Shown here piece by piece: positions 25,697 to 32,250 of a stretch of DNA of 32,250 bases (position 1 is its first letter; each line of letters starts with the position of its first letter). Source of the DNA: Candidatus Omnitrophota bacterium (GTDB lineage: Bacteria; Hinthialibacterota; Hinthialibacteria; JAKQFZ01); NCBI GenBank assembly GCA_029558215.1, contig JAKQFZ010000346.1:1-32250 (forward strand). The letters are read 5' to 3'. The notes beneath the pieces were generated by a model that saw only the letters and a list, made by a program, of their open reading frames with translations, ran no database searches and was not told the DNA's origin. The translations under genes and the position numbers were made by a program.

Positions 25697-26338
25697 ATGG
25701 CCAAGAAAGGCATTGTTCCAACCAAATCCAAGTTGCTTGCCCTGGAGCGGGAATTGTCACTCGCCAAGCAGGGGCATGAACTATTGGAGCAGAAAAGGCA
25801 GATTTTGGTCATGGAACTTATGCGCATCGTTGGACGTGCCGAAGAAGTGGAACGGCGCGCGGATGAATCTCTTGCAAAGGCCTACAGAGCCATGAGCCTG
25901 ACGTTTGCCACCATGGGCAAGTCACGAGTCAAGAGCATGGCGCAGGCGGTTTCGATCAATCCATCACTGTCCACACAGAATCGAAGCATCATGGGCGCCA
26001 TCGTACCCGCAATTCGGCTGGCGCTCAATGATCAGCCACCGTACTTCGCCCACGGCGGTGCATCGTTGTGGACGGATGAAGCTGTTGAGAGTTTCAAAGA
26101 GGCGCTGCAGCGACTGACGGAGCTGGCAGAGTTGAAGACGACGGCGCTCAGGCTTGCCCGTGAAGTGAGCAAGACGCTGCGTCGTGTCAACGCGCTGGAG
26201 AAGGTCTCCATTCCCGACCACATCGAAAGCATTTCCTACATCCGGTCCGTTCTGGAGGAATCAGAGCGGGAGCGGTTTGGCTCGATGAAACTGATCAAGG
26301 CACGCCTGGGTGCCGAGAGGGGGGGTGAAGCATCATAG
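25697..26338 (+). CDS. ntpD: V/A-type ATP synthase subunit D
   Basis: PTKSKLLALERELSLAKQGHELLEQKRQILVMEL.. and C-terminal ..TLRRVNALE..IP......I...LEE.ERE are typical of subunit D. Confidence 0.9.
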   Translation: MAKKGIVPTKSKLLALERELSLAKQGHELLEQKRQILVMELMRIVGRAEEVERRADESLAKAYRAMSLTFATMGKSRVKSMAQAVSINPSLSTQNRSIMGAIVPAIRLALNDQPPYFAHGGASLWTDEAVESFKEALQRLTELAELKTTALRLAREVSKTLRRVNALEKVSIPDHIESISYIRSVLEESERERFGSMKLIKARLGAERGGEAS

Positions 26339-26352
26339 GCCCGAAGAAGCCG

Positions 26353-26826
26353 ATGGAGAGAATTCTTGTTGCCGTCAGTGGCACTGAGGCGTCAATTGTG
26401 GCAGCCCAGTACGCGATTTGTCTCGCCAAGATGCTTCAAAGCGAGTTGATTGCGGTCTACGTTGTGGACATCGGAACGCTCCAGGATCTTCTCACCGCGC
26501 GCATTTTCGTTCAGTCTGAGAGTCTGGAGTACGAAAGAGATCTGGAGGAAGACGGCAGAAGGTACCTGAACTATGTGTCCAAACTCGGTAGTGAAAAGGG
26601 GGTTGCCATCAGAACGGAGATGGCTCGCGGACAGGTACATACGGAAGTCCTCAATGCGGCGCGCACCAACGAAGTGAACCTGATTGTGCTCGGCGAGATC
26701 ACGCCCATGCTCAGCCGACTGGAGACGCAACTGGGTCAGTCTGAACGCATTCTATACGACGCGCCCTGTCCTGTTCTGGTAGTGAAAGATGAGGAAACCG
26801 TTGTGGAAATGTATGAAAGTCTGTAG
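26353..26826 (+). CDS. universal stress protein (UspA family)
   Basis: MERILVAVSGTEAS..A..YA..LA......L.AVYVVD.. and ..NLIVLG......SRLETQLGQSERILYDAPCPVLVV. Starts 14 nt after ntpD. Confidence 0.8.
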   Translation: MERILVAVSGTEASIVAAQYAICLAKMLQSELIAVYVVDIGTLQDLLTARIFVQSESLEYERDLEEDGRRYLNYVSKLGSEKGVAIRTEMARGQVHTEVLNAARTNEVNLIVLGEITPMLSRLETQLGQSERILYDAPCPVLVVKDEETVVEMYESL

Positions 26827-26985
26827 ACCCATCACGGAGCATGGAACACCACAATCTGCTCGATGAAAAGGGGCAGAAGATGAATCGGATTTTGCTGTCC
26901 AAATCTGGAGACCCGTGGTGGATGCAGACACGCATCCAATGAGGTTAGAACGTGGGCGGCAAACCGGCCAGCAAAGGAGATGATT

Positions 26986-27468
26986 ATGGCAAAGCGATTC
27001 AGCCGACTGATCGATCCTGATTCTATCGCCTTCCCCATGCGCGCTTCATCGAAGTGGGAGGCAATTGAGGAACTTGTGGCTCTTCTTGCAGCAAGAGGGA
27101 AGGTCACGTGCACATCCGAACTTGTTGAGGCGACATTGAAGCGTGAGTCGCAAGGAAGCACAGGCATCGGTCAGGGGATCGCTGTTCCTCATGCGAAGTG
27201 CGAGGCTGTCCGCGAGCTTTCAGTCTGTCTGGGGCTGGCGCAGCCAGCGCTTGAATGGGAAGCCATTGATGGCAAACCGTGCGATGTGATCTTTCTCATG
27301 GCAGCGCCCCCTGGAGCGTCAGGGCCGCACATTCAGTCGCTGGCATCATTGGCACGCCTTTTGAAGGCAACCAGTTTGTACGACAGGATTCTTCGTGCCA
27401 CGTCTGCTCATGAAGCCTATCAGGCCCTTATTGAAGAGGAGAATTCCCTTCTTGCCGACAGCGAATAG
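26986..27468 (+). CDS. ptsN: PTS EIIA-type (PtsN / EIIA-Ntr-like) regulatory protein
   Basis: ..RESQGSTGIGQGIAVPHAK.. (phosphorylatable His), ..CDVIFLMAAP... ATG 26986 (Met3 of ORF 26980..27468) lies 6 nt after AAGGAGA. Confidence 0.75.
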   Translation: MAKRFSRLIDPDSIAFPMRASSKWEAIEELVALLAARGKVTCTSELVEATLKRESQGSTGIGQGIAVPHAKCEAVRELSVCLGLAQPALEWEAIDGKPCDVIFLMAAPPGASGPHIQSLASLARLLKATSLYDRILRATSAHEAYQALIEEENSLLADSE

Positions 27469-27596
27469 CGGCCTGGGTACCGACCGGCGCAACTCAGTCA
27501 CCTGAGAGTCCCTCCGGGGATGCCAACTGTGCAGGAATGTCTGAGGTGAGAATCATCCCTTTTTCGAGACACTTATCAAGAGGAAGACTGTCACTC

Positions 27597-28115
27597 ATGT
27601 CAATCGTGTTTATCGGTTATGGCTCCAACCTGAGGGGGAGACTACAGTGGATCGAGCGAGGCTTGGAAATGCTGGAAGACGCACTCGGGCCGGCGCGAAA
27701 ATCACCTGTCTACGAGACCAACCCCGTTGGTGAGGGGCTGACTCGTTGGTTTCTGAATGGTGTCTGGATGTTTCAAACGGAGAGAAGTCCCCATGAAGTG
27801 CACCGCATTCTCAGGGATGCGGAAATTGCCTGTGGTCGTATCGCCTCGGTAAGCCCACTGGCGGGTGATGCGTGCACAACAAAACCCCAGTATCAGGATC
27901 GAACACTTGACCTGGATCTGCTACTCTATGATCAGCTTATTCTTGATGAGGATAACCTGATCGTACCCCATCCCAGAATGCATTTGAGGAAGTTCGTTCT
28001 GAAGCCTCTCGCGGATCTCGCGCCTCTGACAGTACACCCGTTGCTCAAGAGCACGGTCTCCCAACTGCTTCGGGAAGGAGACTTCGAAGGGCAGGAGATT
28101 CGAAGCTATCCCTGA
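27597..28115 (+). CDS. folK: 2-amino-4-hydroxy-6-hydroxymethyldihydropteridine diphosphokinase (HPPK)
   Basis: MSIVFIGYGSNL.., ..SPVYETNPVG.., ..DRTLDLDLLLYD..LIVPHPRMHLRKFVLKPL... Start at Met21 of ORF 27537..28115. Confidence 0.85.
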   Translation: MSIVFIGYGSNLRGRLQWIERGLEMLEDALGPARKSPVYETNPVGEGLTRWFLNGVWMFQTERSPHEVHRILRDAEIACGRIASVSPLAGDACTTKPQYQDRTLDLDLLLYDQLILDEDNLIVPHPRMHLRKFVLKPLADLAPLTVHPLLKSTVSQLLREGDFEGQEIRSYP

Positions 28116-28172
28116 GCATACTCTTGACCTTTGAGTATCACTGACCCGGACTCCGACACTCGAACAATCCAC

Positions 28173-28201
28173 TTGAAATCCGGATCCGCATCTGCTACAT
28201 T
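28173..28201 (+). promoter_or_regulatory. candidate sigma-70-type promoter of the perR-like/catalase operon (TTGAAA-N17-TACATT)
   Basis: Hexamers at 28173-28178 and 28196-28201. Prediction by eye only. Confidence 0.35.
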
Positions 28202-28207
28202 CCTAAA

Positions 28208-28222
28208 TAAGAATAATTCTTA
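28208..28222. promoter_or_regulatory. Fur-family 7-1-7 operator (Per-box-like) TAAGAAT-A-ATTCTTA
   Basis: Perfect 15-bp palindrome whose centre AAT-N-ATT is shared with the Bacillus Fur, PerR and Zur 7-1-7 boxes. It lies just downstream of the candidate -10 and 18 nt before the regulator ATG. Confidence 0.6.
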
Positions 28223-28239
28223 CATAGGATGATATCCTG

Positions 28240-28710
28240 ATGAAACTTACCGCTGACGAGGTCAAGGATCGGATGAGGCACCTTGAAGAGTGTCTTAGGG
28301 AACGTGGCATCAAGGTCACTCATCAGCGTCTTGAGATTTTCAGGGAAGTTGCCCAGTCCGGTGGCCATCCTGATGTGGAGAGGATCTATCGGGGAGTTCG
28401 TAAGAGAGTTCCCACTGTCTCCCTCGACACGGTGTATCGCACCCTCTTGCTGCTTCTCGATCTTGGTTTGCTCACCACGCTTGGCCCTCCACGCGACCGA
28501 GCGCGATTCGATGCCAACATGAAGACCCACCACCACTTTGTGTGCTCAAAATGTGGTGTGACCCAGGACTTTTACCATGAAGCGTTCAACCAATTGAAGA
28601 TTCCAGATCGAGTCCAGGAGTGGGGAAGGATGGAAAGGACGCAAGTCGAGATAAAGGGCACTTGTGAGAAGTGCTTAAGGAACATAGGGAAAGGCTCTGA
28701 GAAGAAGTAA
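28240..28710 (+). CDS. perR: Fur-family transcriptional regulator, PerR-like
   Basis: ..[12 protein letters not shown].. winged helix, [10 protein letters not shown]..(CxxC)..GTCEKC (second CxxC). Sits immediately upstream of the catalase gene. PerR versus Fur/Zur cannot be decided from sequence alone. Confidence 0.8.
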   Translation: MKLTADEVKDRMRHLEECLRERGIKVTHQRLEIFREVAQSGGHPDVERIYRGVRKRVPTVSLDTVYRTLLLLLDLGLLTTLGPPRDRARFDANMKTHHHFVCSKCGVTQDFYHEAFNQLKIPDRVQEWGRMERTQVEIKGTCEKCLRNIGKGSEKK

Positions 28711-28729
28711 TCGTTTGGAGGAGGCAGCC

Positions 28730-30241
28730 ATGGCAAAGCAAAAGAAGACACTGACAACGGGATTTGGGATGCCAGTTGACAACGATCTCAATTCGTCAAC
28801 TGCGGGGCCGAAGGGGCCAGTGCTCGTACAGGATGTCCACCTTATCGAGAAACTGGCGCACTTTGATCGGGAGCGTATTCCTGAGCGTGTCGTACACGCC
28901 AAGGGAGCCGGTGCACATGGTTACTTCGAGGTGACCAATGATGTCAGCGCGTACACCCGTGCCAAGTTTCTCTCCAAAGTGGGGAAGAAGACCGATGTTT
29001 TTGTTCGTTTCTCGACTGTTGGTGGAGAGAAGGGCTCCGCGGACTCGGAGCGGGATCCACGTGGATTTGCCATCAAGTTCTATACGGAAGAAGGAAACTA
29101 TGACATGGTTGGCAACAACACGCCCGTCTTCTTCATCCGTGATCCACTCAAGTTTCCCGACTTCATTCACACCCAGAAGCGCAACCCGGCCACCAATCTC
29201 AAAGATCCGGATATGTTCTGGGATTTCCTTTCCTTGACTCCGGAGTCCATTCATCAGGTGACGATTCTGTTTTCGAATCGAGGCACCCCGAAGGACTACC
29301 GTCACATGAACGGCTACAGCAGTCACACGTATATGTGGTACAACGCCAAAGGTGAGTATTTCTGGGTGCAACTGCACTTCAAGACCGAACAGGGAATCCA
29401 GAATTTCACCGGTGAGGAAGCCGACCGAATGCGAGGGGTGGATCCTGACTGCGCCACGCGTGATCTGCACGAGGCCATTGCTCGTGGGGAATTCCCGTCC
29501 TGGAAACTCGAAGTGCAGATTATGACTCCGGAACAAGCCAAGAACTATCGTTTTGACCCCTTTGATATCACGAAGGTCTGGCCACACGCAGACTTCCCGC
29601 CCATCACTGTTGGAAGAATGGTTCTGAACCGCAATCCTGAGAACTATTTCGCCGAGGTGGAGCAGGCGGCGTTCTCACCAGGGAACTTTGTTCCGGGCAT
29701 CGGGCCTTCGCCCGACAAGATGCTTCAGGGACGTTTGTTCAGTTACCACGACACACATCGGCACAGACTCGGTACCAACTATCATCTGCTCCCAATCAAC
29801 GCGCCCAAAGCCTGTCCCATGAATAGCTATCAGCGGGACGGTGCCATGCGTCCTGACAACAACGGTGGGGATGGTCCGAACTACTGGCCAAACACTTTTG
29901 GCGGGGCGGAGCCGGATCCAAAACTGGCGCCGCCACCCATTGACGTTTCCGGAATGGCCGCTCGACATGCTTACCAACTGGGAGATGTGGACTTTGTACA
30001 GGCGGGCGACTTGTATCGAAAAGTCATGTCACCCACGGAACGAAAACACTTGGTGAAGAATATTGTCTCCCATCTCAAGAATGCACAGAAACGTCTTCAA
30101 TTCAGACAGACGGCAATATTCTACAAGGCAGATTCAGACTATGGACAACGTGTTGCAGAGGGTCTTGGCATTGACTTGCAGCAAGTCAAAAAACTTGCTG
30201 CAATGTCTCAAGAGGACAGAGTGAAGGCAACACTCAAGTAG
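28730..30241 (+). CDS. katA: monofunctional heme catalase (small-subunit type)
   Basis: ..[22 protein letters not shown].., ..[43 protein letters not shown].., ..[16 protein letters not shown]... ATG 28730 follows GGAGGAGG (Met6 of ORF 28715..30241). Confidence 0.95.
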   Translation: MAKQKKTLTTGFGMPVDNDLNSSTAGPKGPVLVQDVHLIEKLAHFDRERIPERVVHAKGAGAHGYFEVTNDVSAYTRAKFLSKVGKKTDVFVRFSTVGGEKGSADSERDPRGFAIKFYTEEGNYDMVGNNTPVFFIRDPLKFPDFIHTQKRNPATNLKDPDMFWDFLSLTPESIHQVTILFSNRGTPKDYRHMNGYSSHTYMWYNAKGEYFWVQLHFKTEQGIQNFTGEEADRMRGVDPDCATRDLHEAIARGEFPSWKLEVQIMTPEQAKNYRFDPFDITKVWPHADFPPITVGRMVLNRNPENYFAEVEQAAFSPGNFVPGIGPSPDKMLQGRLFSYHDTHRHRLGTNYHLLPINAPKACPMNSYQRDGAMRPDNNGGDGPNYWPNTFGGAEPDPKLAPPPIDVSGMAARHAYQLGDVDFVQAGDLYRKVMSPTERKHLVKNIVSHLKNAQKRLQFRQTAIFYKADSDYGQRVAEGLGIDLQQVKKLAAMSQEDRVKATLK

Positions 30242-30277
30242 ATCTCAGGCGAGTGAAATCTCCTGGTTCTCCAGAAC

Positions 30278-30305
30278 AACGGGCTGCATTTCCGTGCAGC
30301 CCGTT
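30278..30305. terminator. bidirectional terminator-like hairpin between convergent katA and the ThuA-like gene
   Basis: Perfect 11-bp stem AACGGGCTGCA / TGCAGCCCGTT with loop TTTCCG, 37 nt after the katA stop. Confidence 0.6.
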
Positions 30306-30360
30306 GTCGCTTTAATGGAAGTTTGTCGGTCGAGAATTCAACTCTTGACGCAGTGCACCG

Positions 30361-31002
30361 TCAGGATTTCGGTTCCAGCAGATCAACTGCCCAAAGTGCG
30401 CCACGGTTCAGGAGCACTGAGAACATCTCATGCTGGCAGTCCCTGGGTGTGTGACCCAGAGCGAGATAGTAGACTCTTCCTTTTCCCCACATCTTTGTCC
30501 AGACTACCGGGGCGGCCTTTCCCTGCCACAGTGCAGAGCAAAGGACTTCGACTCTCGGGTCGTAGTCCATAATGTACTGCTCGTCTTCAACCATGAACTC
30601 GACCAACCCTTCAGTGATGGGATGTTTCGGGTCGGCGACGCTTACTTGATAGGGTCTTGGCTTTGGGTGTGTCAGGAACAGGCCACCCAACATGGCGTGA
30701 AACTCTGGACATTCGCGAAAAGAAGCGGTGGCGCTATGCACACCAACAAAGCCTTTGCCCAACGCAATATGGTTCAGCAGGCCATTTTTCTGAGAATCCG
30801 AAATCTCGCCTCGTGTATAGTAGAGTACTATCAGATCGAAAGGCTCTAAACGCTCTTTCTCCAAAGCGGTCATGTCATCATGAATCCATGTGGTCTCCAA
30901 AGCCTCATTGCTCTGCAGAATCTCATTGATGACCTCACCACAGCCCTTGGAATCATGGATTCCACCACCGGTGAACAACAGCGTCTTCACTTTGCCTTTC
31001 AT
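30361..31002 (-). CDS. ThuA-domain (trehalose-utilisation-like) protein
   Basis: MKGKVKTLLFTGGGIHD..FDLIVLYYT.G.......L..HI..GKGFVGVHSA..SF.....F...LGG.F..HP....Y.V......HPIT.G. Start at Met25 of ORF 30361..31074 (ATG 31002, AGGAGAA upstream). Confidence 0.7.
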   Translation of the reverse strand: MKGKVKTLLFTGGGIHDSKGCGEVINEILQSNEALETTWIHDDMTALEKERLEPFDLIVLYYTRGEISDSQKNGLLNHIALGKGFVGVHSATASFRECPEFHAMLGGLFLTHPKPRPYQVSVADPKHPITEGLVEFMVEDEQYIMDYDPRVEVLCSALWQGKAAPVVWTKMWGKGRVYYLALGHTPRDCQHEMFSVLLNRGALWAVDLLEPKS

Positions 31003-31024
31003 TCCTGATTTCTCCTGTTCCTGA

Positions 31025-32011
31025 TTACCTCTTATCAGCATCCTGGCGAAGCCATTCGCAGATGTCATTGGCATAGTAGGTGATAATCACGTCAGCGCCC
31101 GCCCTCTTGATACAAGTGATGGACTCCAGAACGGCTGACCTCTCGTCGAATGCGCCCGCCTTTGAAGCCTGCTTCAGCATGGCATACTCTCCGCTGACCT
31201 GGTACGCCGCAAGCGGGAGAGTTGTTTCCCGCCTCAGTTCACTAAGGACATCGAGATATGGCATGGCAGGCTTGACCATTAACCAATCGGCGCCCTCGGC
31301 TTCATCCAGAAGTGCATCGCGAAGTGCCTGTCGGCGGTTGGCTGGCGCGATCTGATACGAACGCCGATCTCCGAAACTCGGCGCGGAATGAGCCGCGTCC
31401 CGAAAAGGGCCGTAGAAACAAGAGGCATACTTGGCGGCGTAAGCCATGATAGACGTCTTGTGAAACCCCGATTTTTCAAGACGCTCTCGAATTGCCGCAA
31501 CTTGACCATCCATCATCCCCGACGGGGCAACCATGTCAGCGCCCGCCGCGGCATGAACCTCGGACATCCTTGCCAACATCTCAAGAGTCCTGTCATTGTC
31601 AACAGATGAATCCGCACACAGAACTCCACAGTGACCATGACTCGTGTAGGCACAGAGACAGATGTCAGTGATGACCGTGATGTCCGGACGAGCTGTCTTG
31701 ATCGCTGCAATTGCCTGTGGGACGAGACCGCCTTCCGCGATGGCCTGAGAAGCGTCTTCTTTCTTCTCGTTCTCATCGGGTACACCGAAGATGAGTACGG
31801 CGTGACACAGAACATCCTTTGACCAGGACGCAAGCAGATCAACGGACAGCCGCTCCACCCCGGGCATCGCGTTAATGCTCTCTTGCCTCGCATGGCCTGG
31901 GATCACAAAAACAGGCAGTATGAGATCATCCGCTGTGACGGATGTCTCACAGAGCATCCTTCGAATTGTTTCGGTTGTTCGATATCGCTGCATACGTGAC
32001 TGTGGATACAC
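31025..32011 (-). CDS. hemB: porphobilinogen synthase (delta-aminolevulinate dehydratase), zinc type
   Basis: ..AMPGVERLS.., Cys-rich Zn site DICLCAYTSHGHCG, ..MVAPSGMMDG.., ..MAYAAKYAS.FYGPFRDA.., ..YQ..PAN..A..E...D..EGAD.LMVKPA..YLD... I favour the GTG 32011 start (AGAGG 9 nt upstream; it gives M-YPQSRMQRYR, aligning with the conserved RPRRLR N-terminus). ATG 31993 is the alternative. The 374-aa ORF start at 32149 looks too long. Confidence 0.9.
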   Translation of the reverse strand: MYPQSRMQRYRTTETIRRMLCETSVTADDLILPVFVIPGHARQESINAMPGVERLSVDLLASWSKDVLCHAVLIFGVPDENEKKEDASQAIAEGGLVPQAIAAIKTARPDITVITDICLCAYTSHGHCGVLCADSSVDNDRTLEMLARMSEVHAAAGADMVAPSGMMDGQVAAIRERLEKSGFHKTSIMAYAAKYASCFYGPFRDAAHSAPSFGDRRSYQIAPANRRQALRDALLDEAEGADWLMVKPAMPYLDVLSELRRETTLPLAAYQVSGEYAMLKQASKAGAFDERSAVLESITCIKRAGADVIITYYANDICEWLRQDADKR

Positions 32012-32250
32012 GGGCTGTCGCCTCTTTCCGATGAATTCTCCTTGGAAGCCAGACTTCGGACGAGTCCGTTCCTCTCGCGAGAGGGCACCGCACAGGAGTG
32101 GGCATAGCCCACGTGCCTGCAGGTGCTTACCTGCTCGGAAGTATGTCAAAGAAAGCGTTCATGATCAAGAATGAGGCGTTTTGCGGAGCTACGTCAGTCG
32201 GTTCCAGTTTCATTCGGTTCAGAGAACAGACTTTGTTGGCGTGGCATGGA

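Noticed and set aside
26841-26942. 33-codon ORF (MEHHNLLDEKGQKMNRILLSKSGDPWWMQTRIQ) in the usp/ptsN spacer
   Set aside because: The GGAG lies only 1 nt from the ATG, and there is no recognisable motif and no supporting evidence. It may be chance.
28796-29587. 263-aa minus-strand ORF inside the catalase gene
   Set aside because: It is antisense to an unmistakable catalase CDS.
32001-32009. DnaA-box-like TGTGGATAC
   Set aside because: It is a single copy with one mismatch, and it overlaps the hemB start region. There is no cluster or AT-rich unwinding element.
32012-32149. N-terminal extension of the hemB ORF (374-aa version starting at 32149)
   Set aside because: The extension is Arg/Cys/Gly-rich and has no HemB homology by eye. 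The conserved RPRRLR-type N-terminus aligns with the GTG 32011 (or ATG 31993) start.
1-32250. Scan for CRISPR arrays, tRNA/rRNA genes, IS elements, integrases, toxin-antitoxin pairs or known defence genes
   Set aside because: I saw no spaced direct repeats and no tRNA-like or rRNA-like sequence. The intergenic regions are all at most about 300 bp, and no ORF shows transposase, integrase or nuclease signatures.

Overview
This is a densely coding bacterial chromosomal segment. I call 31 CDS across both strands, most with Shine-Dalgarno-type RBSs. I saw no rRNA, tRNA, CRISPR array, transposase or integrase. Layout, left to right: (i) 1-4 kb holds a YvyF-type flagellar-region zinc-ribbon protein, nanE, an unknown secreted 408-aa protein and proA. 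(ii) 4-15 kb is an accessory-looking glycan region. It carries a Maf-type flagellin glycosyltransferase with a Zn-ribbon SAM methyltransferase, divergently paired with a signal-peptide ankyrin protein and a DegT-type sugar aminotransferase. Next comes a tight 4-gene minus-strand operon: small unknown protein, GH84 O-GlcNAcase-like protein with two F5/8 (CBM32) domains, DUF2007 protein, and a NodB-type deacetylase. A divergently transcribed membrane-anchored coiled-coil protein follows. (iii) 15-19 kb is the sulfate ABC transporter sbp-cysTWA. (iv) 19-22 kb is parA-parB followed directly by a sigma-54 activator that has no sensory domain. (v) 22.5-26.8 kb holds V/A-type ATPase subunits A, B and D only, plus a universal stress protein. 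(vi) 27-32 kb holds a PtsN-like EIIA, folK, a perR-like/catalase pair with a 7-1-7 Fur-family box, a ThuA-like protein and hemB. Three observations seem most worth follow-up. First, the GH84-like protein's catalytic Asp-Asp dyad reads Asp-Gln, which suggests a natural GlcNAc-binding pseudo-glycosidase, and it sits in an operon with a deacetylase. Second, a well-spaced sigma-54 -24/-12 element lies in front of the sulfate transporter, directly downstream of the orphan activator co-oriented with parAB. Third, the V-ATPase module is split, with only A, B and D here. All functional calls come from reading motifs by eye; no searches were run. I cannot place the organism taxonomically from this window.
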